Below, in pieces: positions 1-13,800 of a stretch of DNA of 64,000 nucleotides. Source of the DNA: a virus. Its lineage: Duplodnaviria > Caudoviricetes. Position 1 is the first letter of the stretch; every line of letters begins with the position of its first letter. The notes under the pieces are model-generated. The model made no database searches. It saw nothing but the letters and a program-made list of their open reading frames with translations, and was not told the origin of the DNA. The stretch spans positions 1 through 64,000 of IMG/VR virus record IMGVR_UViG_3300013901_000005. One strand, written 5' to 3'. The translations under genes were made by a program, and so were the position numbers.

Positions 1-1
1 G

Positions 2-358
2 GACTACAGTCATCAGATATGGTTTGAGGATATGCTAGAAGAGATGAATCGATATACGGATGAGAATAAGAGAAAATTCGATATTATCGCGGCTACCGCG
101 ATGGCGGAACTTGCCGACGAGGAATTGTAGGGAGTTGTACCATATAAGGTTGAGGATATTACAAAAGGCTGGAAGAAAATAGGATATTATACAGATGAAT
201 TCGGAAGGAGACGATATGGTGAGATTCCGGATTAGAATAACAATAATAATATAAGGTGGAATAATAATTTTGGAGACACATATGAAGACCCTGGAAGAAT
301 TAGAACAAGTAATCCGAGATATTATCAGGGATATTTACCACAAGGAATACATTGGTAA
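2..358 (+). CDS. terL: Terminase large subunit, C-terminal part (5' truncated by window; TAG=Gln)
   Basis: Frame 2 reads ..HQIWFEDMLEEMNRYTDENKRKFDIIAATAMAELADEEL.. through two TAGs to TAA at 356-358. It resembles the crAss-like TerL nuclease C-terminus and lies just upstream of the portal. Confidence 0.75.
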
Positions 359-599
359 GATATCCGTTTAGAAATTACCGGTAGGATACAATATCAAACT
401 GGGGATGAACACTCCGGATCAGCCAATTACCATTTATTCGGAATTGGAGGGAGAGGAGTTTCTGAAATTTATACGACAAGAAATAAAAGATAGAAGATTT
501 AATCTGGTTTTCTTCGGCTCGGTTCATTTACGGGAGCCGTTTGACTGCCAGCCAAGAAATACAGCATGTAGCTGCCATGACGAAAGACGAACTTATTGA
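282..599 (+). CDS. Small hypothetical protein between terminase and portal (105 aa)
   Basis: ATG 282 (MKTLEELEQVIRDII..) is in frame with ORF 405..599 across one TAG and overlaps the portal start. Confidence 0.7.
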
Positions 600-3500
600 A
601 AAGACTGACAAAGCTATTAATGAACTAGTCTATGCCAAATACGATCTGCAGAAAGCGTACAATTATTATAATGGAGTGCGAGATGCGGATTAGTTTAGAT
701 ATTTGGAGGAAGTCTATGGAGCGAATGTTCCTACTACATTACATTTTACACCATTAATCAAAAAGCATATTGACGCTTTGCTTGGTGAGTATCTCGAAAC
801 ACCGATCCTTCCAAAAATACAATGCAAGGACGAAGAGACAATCACGAATATCTATAGGGATAAATAGATAGCCATAGCAAAGGAATCAAGACAGTTTCTT
901 TTATAGAAAATGAAGAATGCTACGTTAAACTAGATTACTGGAAAAGAGACTAATGATGGACTCATAGAGTAGTAGCTAAAATAGCTGATTGAAGATCTAA
1001 ATAAAAATTTTATTTCTGAATATGAAATAGCTGCATAGAATGTTATAGAATATATTATGCAGTCTAGGGATACAGATTTAATGAACGCATTACGGGATAT
1101 GCTTTTTGATTTGCTGGTCACAGGTTATGCATTTTATAGAGTAAAGCCCACTGTAGATAATAACAATATTAAAATTCAGGTACTTAATCCGCTGAATACT
1201 TTTATCGATAGGAATATTGAATCGCCGTATGTCAAAAACTCATATAGAGTTGTGGTTAGGAGTTGGATGTCAAAACAGCAGATTCTCAATATTTACGGTA
1301 AGCGGATGACTGAAGATGATAGGAAGATTCTGGATGAGAAGTGGGGTTCTATATATGAGAACGCATGGTACTACGTACATATGGGAGTTAATAAAAACGG
1401 TGTTCCCGCAACAGACGGTCTTAGAGCCGGTGAGGAAGTTACGCCAGGTTATCCAACGCAGAGTTATAACCTTCACTAGGAATTAATCCCTGTATATAAC
1501 GTAGAGTGGCTGGAAACAGATAAGGATTTCGTAATGCAAAGATATACTACGGTACGTATTGGAGAGGAAATATATATATTAACTGGAAAAGACGAGCATG
1601 TTATTAGAAGTCGTTCAAACCCTACGCAGTGTGGTCTTTCTGTAAATGGATTGTACTTTCTTAATAGGGGGACGAATCCATATTCGATGGTTTTAACATG
1701 CGCATCTTTATAGGATTAACAAAACTAGTTCTAGAAAAATCTCGTGAATTTCTGGGAAGCCGTTTAGGTAATCAGAATCCTAGTCCAATTATTGGATAGG
1801 TTCAACGACTATTATGTAGGGTCAAGTGACCCGAAGTGCGAGAATATTAAATATTTATAATATGAAATTAAATGAAAAAGAATTTAAACAAAAGGTAGCC
1901 GAATTATATAACGGTGAAATAAATATTATTGGGAAATATAAAGGATTAAGTTTTCCAATAATATGTAGTGATAAATATGGCGTATTTAAAATACAAAAAG
2001 CATTTTTATTATTAAAATATAGGCCAACAATAAAAATTGCGATGAATAAAACAGAGTATTTTATGAATATGTTAAAATAGAAATAGCCAAATATTTATAA
2101 TAGCTTAGAACCAATGTCTGAATACATTACTGCTAAACAAAAAATGTTGTTTAAAGATAGATTTGGAATAGTTGCAACAACTCCAGATAATTTAATACAT
2201 GGGCATATTCCAAATATAAAATCAGCAATAAACAGGAAAGATTATTTCAAAAATCAATTATTATTTATATATGGAGATAAATATGATTTTGAAATAACCT
2301 CAACAAATAGACATTTTGGTACTGTTACATTGATTTGTAAAAAGCATGGAAGACAATATATTGACTCGGATTCAATATTTTTAGGATCAGGTTGTCCATG
2401 TTGTAATAAAAAATGGGAAAAAAGCACAACATTTTATTTGGTTAATCTATTTTCTGAGGAAGAAAATTTTTATAAATTAGGAATTTCACATTATGACAAA
2501 AATGGTAATATAAGAAGGTTTAATGAATATAAAAATTTGGGATATAATATTAATATTATATATACACATACATTTGATGATTATATACAATGTAAAGAAT
2601 TTGAATTAAAGTTAAAAAGATTAATTAAATATAATTTATATATTCCAAAAAAATGGCCAAATGAAACATCTACCGAAGCGTTTACAAATGAATTGTTACC
2701 ATTAATTAAGCAAAATTTAATATATGATATAGTCTCAACTTCTGATGAAAGTCAGAGAAACACACGAAGTAACGAATTGTGTTAAAGAAATTGTAGTACG
2801 ATCTCCTTATATTCTACCGTGATAATTTGATTGCCAGTAGTGGTACAATAGGTGACTGGATTGACCAGACACTTATTCCCGCATAGCTTGGCGTTGATCT
2901 TCCTGAAAGGGTAAAAAACTGGATGTCCCTAAAAAAATAGGGCCTTGGTCTTTTGGATTCTTCATAGGAAGGTCGTTTGGCTTCTGGCGCTGCTCCATTG
3001 AATACAATATTCAATGGATTTGACAATACGGTAAAAGCATAGTCAATATAGGCAATATAGATTGCCATAGACTCTATAGAAGCAACTGTGTCGTCAATTA
3101 CAGGTGTATTTAGGGAGCGACTGAATGGTATCCAGCAGAAGGATGCCGTGACAAATGTTAAAATAGGAGCGTAGAATTCTTTTGTCTAGACAAAGCAGTA
3201 TTATCATTAGATGGATTTGATTGTTAATGAACTTTTACTGGATTGTTTAAACTAGGCAAAGATAGTATGGAAGAACGGACTTACTGGAAGCATTGTGCTT
3301 GGTGATAAATACCAAAAGGTATTTACCGCACTTCCAGAATATTTTACGCTTACTGACTTCGATATACGTATTATTACGAGTGCGGATATTGTTAAAGACC
3401 TGGAACAGATACGTGCGATTATTCCTGAATTTGTAAAATCTGGCGGACTTCCCCCGGATATTATCGTAGAGGCCCTTACAAGCAAGAGCATACCGGATCT

Positions 3501-3837
3501 TAAATATAAGATCAAGAAAGCGATGCAGAAATAGAAGGAGGAAGGAACATAGATGTAGCAATTATAGCAGCAGAATGAACAATTACAGGAATAGCTTAAA
3601 TAGGTAAGTTCATAGCTTCAGCAGGCATAGGGCAAAGTATAGCAGCTTAATCAGGCAAAACTCCAGTTGGATCAACAGGAGATGGAACTCAAAATGAAGA
3701 TTGAGCAATTTAAGGCACAGACAGATCGTACTTACAAAATAAATATGGCTGAAGAGGCAAAGAGAAGAACCGAAATAGAGCTTAAACAAATGTCAGATGG
3801 AAATCCGTATAACGATCAAATAAAACAACTCGAATGA
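577..3837 (+). CDS. Portal protein, spliced: exon1 577..1716, exon2 2794..3837 (TAG=Gln)
   Basis: MTKDELIEKTDKAINELVY..YNYYNGVRD..FTPLIKKHIDALLGEYL; the join reads ..CASLQD|QYDLLIFYRDNLIASSG; Gln-rich coiled-coil C-terminus; follows terL; same frame as ORFs 1057 and 3295. Confidence 0.85.
1717..2793 (+). mobile_element. Group I intron in portal gene
   Basis: Exon ends in U (TAGGAT), pairing with GTTCTA (P1, U.G at the site). ACTA pairs with exon2 TAGT (P10). Core motifs AATTTCTGGGA, AATCAGAAT, GTTCAACGACTA, GATATAGTCT; ends in G; removal restores the frame. Confidence 0.9.
1862..2785 (+). CDS. Intron-encoded putative homing endonuclease (Zn-ribbon plus C-terminal GIY-YIG-like domain), 307 aa, two TAG codons
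   Basis: ORFs 1826..2080 and 2114..2785 share a frame joined by TAGs; CKKHG..GCPCC and FYLVNLFSEEENFYKLGIS motifs; located inside the intron. Confidence 0.75.
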
Positions 3838-4598
3838 TACCAATAATTAAAGTATGTAATATAGGTAAGAATAATATTGTTATTACAGATCTGACGTAGG
3901 ATTCTGACGAATATATTGATGAGAAAATAACAGATACTAACCAATATTACAAATAGAATAGATTTAAGTACAGCGAGACCTGTACTATTAATATTATACA
4001 GAGAAACAAGATTGATAAGGAGGAGGTTGAAGCAACGCTTTTTACCGATCATATTTCATATCTCGACGAGCAGTATTATGAAATCCAATCAGATGGTCAT
4101 TATACGGTATATCATTGTATATTACCTACAGTAAACTGGCTGGAAGGCCAGCTTCAGAATGAATAGAATATCCTTTCGGAGGATATTGATATTTATGTGA
4201 CAGATGGGGAGAATATATATAATTATTGTGAAGGAGAATTAAAGGAAATAGAACCAGTTATACTTGCAAATGCAAATACTGAAAATACGACTATTTCCAG
4301 AGTAGAGGTTGATGAATTTATGGTTTATCAATTATATAATTGCTATATCAGTCTATGTAAAACTCTGTTTAACGATTTAGCAATCAGATGTAAAAAATCT
4401 GGTGATTATGATGAAATAACATATAAAAGGGATTTTCTTTGGATGACTATCAATGTTCTGAAATACCTTGTAGAATTTGGTAATTTTGGAGAGGCTGAAA
4501 GAATTCTTGAAGAAGTTAATTATTGTGGAGGATTTTGCGATGGATCAGAAATGCGGAGTAAATCCGGCTCTGGATGTGGATGCAACAAAGAAGCTTAA
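3834..4598 (+). CDS. Hypothetical virion-module protein with Cys-rich C-terminus (254 aa)
   Basis: ATGA overlap with the portal stop; in frame with ORF 4197..4598; ends CGGFC..GSGCGC. Confidence 0.75.
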
Positions 4599-4761
4599 AA
4601 AGAAAATCATAAAAGATTATGTTCGTATTGTTAAAAGAATGAACAAAGGATATAAAGATGATTTCAGATATATACTCAACGAGATTAGTTTTCTTGGTGT
4701 ATGGAGTAATTTAGATAAACCGAATATAATTTACGAATATTTTATAAATTATGGCATGTAA
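4576..4761 (+). CDS. Small hypothetical protein (start uncertain)
   Basis: C-terminal part of ORF 4477..4761; fills the gap and overlaps both neighbours. Confidence 0.5.
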   Translation: MDATKKLKKKIIKDYVRIVKRMNKGYKDDFRYILNEISFLGVWSNLDKPNIIYEYFINYGM

Positions 4762-5716
4762 TGACCAATTTAGGCATGTGTGTCTAAAGGATTTGGAGGA
4801 CTACATCAAGAGGGATGAATATTTTTCAGATTTCTCCGATGAGGAAAAGGCTATAATTAGAAAAAATCTAGGACTTACTGCATCAGGAGAATCTGACTAC
4901 AATCCTACAATATTCTCTATGACCCATAAAGAAATGACGGAATTTCTATAGGATCACAAAAAATTAAATGTTGGATATATTTATAAAATTACTGATTTCT
5001 AGACAATATATAAAGAAGGTGACTAGGTGTGTGGATTGGATCATATTCCTAGCAAAGTATATTGGATGTATTTAAGGGCAGTTGGTGAATCGACATTTGA
5101 TTCTAGGGTTTTTCTCGTTGATCCAGATGGGAAAGTCAATAGTTGTAGCAAATGGATTGTAGAATATGACATAACTAGACACGAAGTGTCTCCGGGCATA
5201 TATGATAAAGGCCAAATCACATATCTTAAAGATCAATATGGTAATGAGGCTTACTTTGATTTTAAAAACCGAAAAGTTTTAAAAACTGTTGAGGAGCTTA
5301 AAAGTTTTCCAAGATCTTATGACGAGGATACTTACTTCTACACTTTTGATAATGACGGAGAAGATGGTACAGAACACGGGTGGTCAAATAACCATTTAAG
5401 TTCTGACTGTTCTAGAAATATATTTCTAAATGATACTTTTAGCGTATATTTAGAACCACACTGTCATGACAATGTGTTTACAAAAGGATGTATAAATAGT
5501 AGATTTGGATCATATACTTTTAAGAATATTTTTATAAATGCTGTAAACAACTGTAGCGGAACTGTTAGTAATGCTATAATTGGATCCGGAACAGAAACAG
5601 ATCCATTTAAAAGAATTGATGATTTTTCTACAAAATATGCAATAACTCAGCTTGATGAGGATACTGAAACCTTTTAGGTAAAAATGTATGGAAAACAAGA
5701 TACTGGGAATAGCTGA
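4751..5716 (+). CDS. Hypothetical structural protein with short beta-helix-like repeats (321 aa)
   Basis: ORFs 4751 and 5027 joined through TAGs; true stop TGA 5714-5716; KGQITYLKDQYGNEAYFDFKN followed by NxF repeats. Confidence 0.7.
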
Positions 5717-6581
5717 TTAGCCGGATCTTTTATTAAAATCAAAAAAGCCGGCAGAACACTGCTCTGATCAGGTTCTTTTAAAAAATAATTATCTTTCCGA
5801 GTTCTTTACAAAAAGTGATAAGGAAAAGGTTCTTAGAAATCTTGGGATTTTCGATATTATAAATAATATTACCGATACTGGATATATCACAGAGAAGAAA
5901 TTATAGAAACTTCTTGAAGATTATCTTAAAAAAGAAAAAATAGGAGATAGCCCAGAAGATATCGATAATATAGTTTATAATAATGATGATTATCCGGACG
6001 TGAAGACTCTTCATGACGCGCTTGATTTACTGTTATACAAAGATCTTACCATGACAATAAATATAAGCCCATAGATCGCAGAAAAAGGGGATACAGTTGA
6101 ATAGGTTGTTATTACCTGGGATTATAATAAAAAAGTGAAAAGTCAGACGCTTTATAGTTCTGATTATCTAGGAGGGATTTCAATAGAGAATGATTCCAGA
6201 AGTCTTACTGTAAACAAAGATATAAAGACTGGCTGTTCTTTTAAGATTTCCGGTAGCGACAATAAAAAAACCGTTGAAGGAACTGTATCTTTAAAATTTT
6301 ATCCTGGAATATATTATGGTAGTGGAATAGACCAGCCTGATATGAGTACAATATAGAAAACGCTTCGTGCAAACAGATATTGTACGGTAACAGTTAATGC
6401 TAGTTCCGGATAGTATATATGGATATTCTTACCATAGGAATATGGGAATCCTACTTTTACAGTAGGAGGGTTTTCCGGAGGTTTTTATAAGAGTGGTACA
6501 ATAAAGCACAAGGAAACTACATATAATATATGGAGAAGCGATAATCACAGTCTCGGAAATACGACAATTAATATTTCATAA
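5688..6581 (+). CDS. Putative fibre-associated protein (Ig-like C-terminal domains)
   Basis: ATG 5688 to TAA 6581 in the frame of ORF 6135; C-terminus TVNASSGQYIWIFLP..FTVGGFSGGF..WRSDNHSLGNTTINIS. Confidence 0.7.
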
Positions 6582-6583
6582 TT

Positions 6584-9500
6584 ATGGCAGTAGAACTAAT
6601 CAGTGAAATAGTTTAGAAAAACGGAGGGGCCTTCCCACTGTTAGATTCGAATAATCTAAGGGGAGGCTTCTACTCAGTTGATAATATATCAGAACGGGAC
6701 AATATTCCAGAACAGAGAAGAAAGACCGGAATGTTATGTTATGTTAAGGAAGATGAAAAATATTATAAGCTAAACAATGATAATACCTGGGAAGAGGCAA
6801 AATTTGGTGGTGGAGGAATATAGATTTTCGATTAGGAAATGCTAGATGCCGCTGATGAGCTACCAGAGAAATATATTACAATAGCAAATAAGGAAACAGA
6901 TTTAAATGGAAGCACTACTTCCAGGGAGATAAAAGAAACTGGAACATATGTTGATATATTGTTTTCAGCAATAAGAAAATTACAAAGCGAGGTTGCGAAA
7001 TTAAGAAATTCATTCCAGTATGGTATTTATTCATATACTGGAATAAATACCGCAATGTCTCAGCAGGTTGAAGGAATAAGGGATCCAGACGAAGAACCAT
7101 TATGGGCAATTGAAGAAGAGGATCTTTCTTCGGTTTATTCAATGGTTATTGGCCTTGGAAACGATTTGACACCAGAATCAGAAGTAGATGCTAGTGTTGA
7201 CGGAATATTAAAATTAGGAAATAATGTTATCTGGGAATATAAAGAGGATGATGTTTCCGATCCTAAATTATTCTTATATCTTTCAACAACCGGATTAGAT
7301 ATTGATATCAGTCTAGGGGAATATTCTTTTAATTTAAAGGATTTTGATATATCAAAAGCTGATTCTTATAATATTATGATCTGTTTAAACAGAAACAGCG
7401 AAAATAGTTTTATATATTTAAGTATAGGTACTGGTGACAAGACAATAAAAGAGGGATATTTATATAATAACCAAATTGTTAAAGCGCCAAAATATATTAA
7501 TAAAGAATATTCTTTTAAATCAATTATATTTAATAATCTATCACTTTCCAAATTAAATATTTATTCAAAATATTAGGATTTCTCAAAATAGGTTATACCT
7601 AGCGCACCTACTGATTAGGATTATAAATATGGTGCTGCCCATTTGACAATTCGTTCTGTTAAGACAAAGGCTATTTTAGATAGTATTTAGAATTAGCTAC
7701 CAGAGAACGAGTTGATATATGTAGAAAACGAGAAGAGATTGTATATTAAGAATAATTATTCACTTACACAAATTGGAAGTGGTGGAGGATCCCAAACAGA
7801 AGAAGGAATGACGAAAGAAGAATTGTTTAAAGAATTAATAAATATGGGCCTGGTTAAAAATACCGGAACTGAGTAGGCTCCTGTTTATGAAATAAATGAT
7901 TTTGCTGATATCAATTTAGTAAATCAAGATACTGGCAAAATATTTAAAATAAGTGTAAATAGTGATGGATCAATAAGAAGTGATTTGATTCCAGACAATA
8001 CGGAGTTACTCAGTTCTCGTATTTTAAAAAGTGATCTATCACTAGGTTCAACATAGAACGTAAGAGGTTTTATCGGACTTTTAGGTTTGGCTGAAGCTCA
8101 AAAAGCCGGATCTAAATTATTGCTGAGTACAGATATTGGGTTGTATGCTGACCGAATAAAAATAGGAGCTTTCTATGCACCTTTTATTACTGATAAAGTA
8201 TATGGATGCAACAGGGCGTTTATAGAGCTGGAAAACACTTCTGATAAAGACTTTTGCTTGAAAGGGTGCTATCTGCATTTTACAAGGCCTGTAGATAATC
8301 AATAGACTGTATATCATCTTCCTCTTACTGGGACGATAAAAGCTGGAAGTACATATCTTATAGTTGGGAAAGAATATGCTGAACTATATGATAAAAATGT
8401 AGTTATTAAAGTATCTTCATTTGATCAGGAATGGTTTGAAAATGGAGAATTAATTGATTTCTCGATTAATCCAGAAGACAAAGATAAAAAATTAGGATAT
8501 GGTTTTGCAATTACCTACGGTAATAAAGATCTTTCATATGATACGTCTTTGTATAAGAAATCATCATCAGAAGACTTGGCAAAACTATCTGAAATATCTT
8601 TATCTACCTCTGATTTTCCTAGAGTATATGACAATAGTTTTATTGATGCTATATATTATTATAATATGGTAGTAGACGCATCAAATGTTGGTAGGTGGGC
8701 TTCCACAGCAGTTTCAATCACATCAAATACAATGTATAAGAATATGTTTGAATTGGATCCTGCAAAACAAGCATTTCAAAGCCTAAACAAAAAGGATAGT
8801 TCTAGGGCAAGATGGGATAACACTAATGATATATGGGTAATGGATTTGTCTAGCCCGATTATCAAGTTCCCTCATTCTGATGATACTTATGATATAGGTT
8901 ATTTCTCTCCAAAGGCCTCTTACGAAAAGAAGAACGTAGCAACGGATAAATCCAAATTGGATTCAACAAAACCAAATATGGTTACTTGCTCTTTTGGAGT
9001 TGACATATATACAACTAGATGCTTTAACTGGATTTCTGTAGGATATTATGATGAATATCTATATCTTAGAAAACGCGGAGAAACAGAATGGAAAAAGTTT
9101 GAATCCTACAAAGGAGACTCTTCCGAATTTTCAGCACAAGAAGAATATCCAAGAAGAAAAGCATATAAGGAAAGTACAATTAATATTATATATAAAAGAA
9201 TTGCAAATAGATTTCCAGGAGATAATACTTTCTATACAGCACATAAGTGTGTGATAGAATTGAGTGACGAAAATCCAGCATCTCCAATCGTTTATGAATA
9301 TAAGGTTGGAAGGGATGATTGCGAATCCGATATTTAGACATTTACAATATATCCGAAATCCTATCGTCCAGTTATTTACCAAGTAACTGATTAGTAGGGA
9401 TTCCACTGGGTTGAATACTAGGTATGGGCAGCCGCAGCTACAGAAGTTTATGATAAAATCAAGACAGACCAGGAGACAAACAATATAATACCAATATTAA

Positions 9501-10828
9501 TTAATACTGGAGATATGACTTAGAATGGTACTCGTATCAACGAATGGTATGATTATTATTAGGCTGGCAGAATATTGTTTAAAGAATTTGAGCAAATGAA
9601 CGTTGTTGGAAATAACGATCTTTGTGGAACAAACGTAAACGAGTTAGGTACTGGTGATGATATTGGAAAATCAAATTCTTTCTACTTCCATGTATTTTAT
9701 TGCTATGATATTGGTGACGATACTGAAGAAAATGGTAAATTTATACCAATTGTAAATAATAAATATATTCCTAGTTTATATTATTTTGATTCTGCCAATT
9801 TCAGATTTGTAATGATAAATAGCGAGATTACGCAAGTTAATTGTAGGGATTGGTTTGGGCTTAGCAAATAGTTAAGCGATGGAAATTAGGATGTATGCAA
9901 TATATATACTGGATTCTATTTAACCTCAAAAGATTATAACGATTCTTTTACTTCTGTTTATTCTATGGTATACCATATGTTAGAAATGGATAAGGAGTCA
10001 AAATCTGGAAAGCAATATATAATTGCCTGTCACGAGATGCCATTTACTGTTATTACAAACAGTAGCATTGCTGATACTCAAAAATAGTATTCTAGATCTG
10101 TAGGGCCAAATGGAGGTGCTTTGATTGGAAGTCATTGCAATCAACTTACAAAAGATGAAACTGGAAAAGGAACCTATTGGCTTAGTAGGCTTTTAGAGAA
10201 GGCTGGAGTTAAACTTTGTATTGGTGGGCATAAACACACCTATGCTTGTACATATCCTTTAAGAGAATACTTCAAATTTGGAGATAATTACCAATATAGT
10301 AGTGATAACTATTCAGATTGGAGTTCCAAATATAATATGGAGTCAACACTGCAAAATGACAATGTACAATGGGTAGTTGATTAGAAGAATTTAACGAAAT
10401 TCCCATTGACAAAACGAGAGAATGTTGGTTCTGATCCAGCTGGAAGTTTTTATCCATATACTGCAGATCCAGAACTTCAGGGCGGCGTAGTATATTTTAT
10501 GTGCCAGGCAACAGGATTTAAACTTACATCAAACAAAGAGTTACCAAGTGCTAACCAGAAATTTTCAGTAGTCGTTCCTAAGACTTCTGTATCTGGTGGA
10601 GCCGATAAAGCAAGTGCTGAACAGAAATACCCAATGTTTGGTATTATAGATTTAAATGATAATTACACTATCAAGCTAGTTCGAATAGCAAATATACTTA
10701 ACGCAAAGGCTGCATTTAATCAAAGTACATTTGGAACTTCTGATATGAAATTACAATATTTTCAGAACGTTTCCGATAATAATTATGGCCAATGGGTTGA
10801 CAACGATACTATAATGCTTACGATATGA
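6584..10828 (+). CDS. 1414-aa protein: fibre-type N-terminus, lamin-tail-like domain, purple-acid-phosphatase-like metallophosphoesterase
   Basis: ORFs 6839, 8087, 8549, 9575, 10121 and 10406 are all in one frame. Motifs FIELENTSDKDFCLKGCYL (LTD-like) and VTDQQ, NTGDMTQNG, VGNND, CHEMP, GGHKH (calcineurin-like motif set). Confidence 0.8.
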
Positions 10829-13800
10829 AACTAAATGGTAAAAACAGAATAATATCAGAAGACGATATTGAACTTTCTGGTAGTTCTTTATCAGAAAAGT
10901 TTGAATCGCAGCAATAGGAAATAGATGAACTGAAAAGTAATGTTAAATGGATATATAAATACGGAGGTGTTGGAAAGGGCGGAAGTGGTGGAGGAGGCTC
11001 CACTACAGCCTTCTCTATATATGCGACATTGGATGGAGTTCAATTAAGTGGAAATTCAATAATATTAAAAGAACCAGGAGTGTATAATTTATTTGTTAAA
11101 ATAAATAATCCTAACAATGGTCAATTTAATGTTACTTACACGTACTCTTCTACAGATAAAACTGGAAATGCCTAGAAATAGTAGAACACACAAATATTAA
11201 ATATAGAAAATAGGTATACTTTAGATGTAAATATTACTTTGAACAATAACGATACTTTAACTGTAGATGTTACAGATGGAAATGACAACAAGCAGGTCAG
11301 CTGTTCTTATGTAACAACGCCTTATCAGTTTTCCTTTACTTCAATATCTGATGGTGATAATCATAATCCGTATGGAGAAGAAATATTTATAAATACTGCA
11401 AAATAGAATGGATTAAATTTAAATTTGGATTATTCAATTTCTGTTAGCGTATAGTCTATTACATACAAATATTAGTTTAATGGAGAAACAACTGAAGGTA
11501 CTATAGAAGATAATTTCGGATCGATTAAATTTAAGGTTGATCCAGATTTCTTGGTTCCTGAAAACGCCGGATATTATAATGCTATAATTGAAATAACCGT
11601 AACGCCAACAAACCAAGATCCAGTAACTCTTAAATATAATAAATATATAAATTTAATACCAGAAGATTTGTATTTATTGGTATTACCTGAGACTGGACAT
11701 ATTTATAAATAGCCTACGGAGTCGCCAGAAGAGTATCTGCCTGGATATATTACATTTAATTATCGAGTGTATTGTGGAGCAAATCAAAATAGATCCTATA
11801 ACGTGCTTGCATATTTAAATGGAGAGCAAATTAATGAAAAGACAGTAGTTGAACGAAGTTATGAAACATTAAAATTGCCTGCAAACAACGCAGGAGAAAA
11901 CACAATAGAATTTAAAATAGGCACAAGTTATAGCGCTGTATATTATTTTTATGTATCTGAAATAGAAAATACTATAAATTGGTTTGATGAATAGTGGGTT
12001 TAGAATTATTATCGATTAGGAGATAGTACAAATACTTTTAATGGTGGAGCCGGTGTAATGGGAATTACCTAGTCGGTAAATAGCTCATCAATATCTATTA
12101 ATAATATTAATATACCAGAAGTATCTGGATAGGATGCGTTAAACACGCATATTGCTATCGGATTACAATATAATGCAATAAATAATACTGATAACCCAAT
12201 TATATAGTTATATGGCCAGACAAGTAGCACGCCCATCGTTCAAATAAAATAGTCGAAAATAACTATAAAAGGCGTAGACTATGATGTTTATATTAAAAAA
12301 CAGGATGATGCGGATATTTCAGAAGTATCAAACTTTCATTTATTGTAGATATTTTCAAAATATACAAAAAGTATTGGAAATGATTTGTATTATCAAATAT
12401 CAATTTATATAGATGGGAGACTTGAAGCCGAAGCTGGCAATTTTAGTACAAGTAGTTTAAGTGTTTCAAGAATTGAAATTTGCCCATCGAATTGTTTTAT
12501 AAATTGTTTAGATGTTGATTATATAATAAAGAATCCATCAATAAGTGAATAGTAGTTTGGAGATTATCAAGTATATAAGTATTTCTCTAAATACGAGGAA
12601 AGTATTTTACATGAATCTATTAATCCAACGTTGATAAATCTTTTGTCTGGATTTAATGTGGACAGCAATGGTAGGGTAGCTACTAATAGTACAACAATAA
12701 ATAGTATTGCAAATTTAATTGATACTCCATCTTTGTTGTTTACTTGTGAATACGATGGAGATGAAGCGGACTTTTGGACAAAACTAGAATAGAAGTATGA
12801 AGAAGACGGTGTTGGATCTGATTTCAGTTTTAATGTCAAGCTTTATTGGAGTCATGGAGGAACAGAATTAAAAGAAATTGCTGTTCCGTCTGATATGAAA
12901 GGTGCTGAATTTATAGCAAATCTTTAGGGATCTTCAACAAAGTTAAACAAATCAAAAAATTTTTTCTTGGGATTATAGAATACTAACGAGGATAGCAAGG
13001 ATTCATATTTATTTTCTCCGAACTTTAAAAATGGCGATAGCTCAACTTTCCTTCCAGAAAAAGGATTTAACCTAAAAGCTGATGTTGTTGATAGTAGCCA
13101 TTCGAATAATACTGCTTGTGGTAAATTCGTAAATACGGTTTGTAAAAAATTCAATACAAACGAAACTGGAGTATATAAAGATTATATAAGAAATTGTCTT
13201 GAAGGATTCCCGATTCTATTGTATATAGAGATAGTTACAAGCATAGATGACGTAGGTACAAAAGCTCATAATTTTTATTATTTAGGAATATATAATTTTA
13301 ATCTTGGCCGAGAATCGTATTATAATCTTGGATATAGGGATTTATCCGTATTTTACAACAGTCAAAAGTCAACTGGTAAGTTAATTGATTCTGGAGATAA
13401 CTTTACTTTCTTTTCAGTTCCTATTGATGATGATAAAAATAAAAAAGGAATTGGAGTAGCCGAAATACAAGGAGGATCTAATTATTTCGATTTTTCTCAA
13501 TATGACAAATCTATATTGTTCAAACTTGCAAATGACAATGACCAGACATATATGTTTGGAGACATAGTTTATGGAAGCGAATCTACACTAGCAGATGTAT
13601 AGGATAAAATAGCAAATCTAGTAAAATAGATTGCAAGATCCGGAGGATATATATTTAATTATTTAAAGAAAAAGTTTGGCCCCTATTCGGATGCTTATAC
13701 CGCTGCAAATGAAGATGGTAGTTCAAAAAACTAGGTGCCAGATTTTACGACGCAATATTCACGAAGTATAGAGCAATCTGGTAACGTATATACTCCAAAA

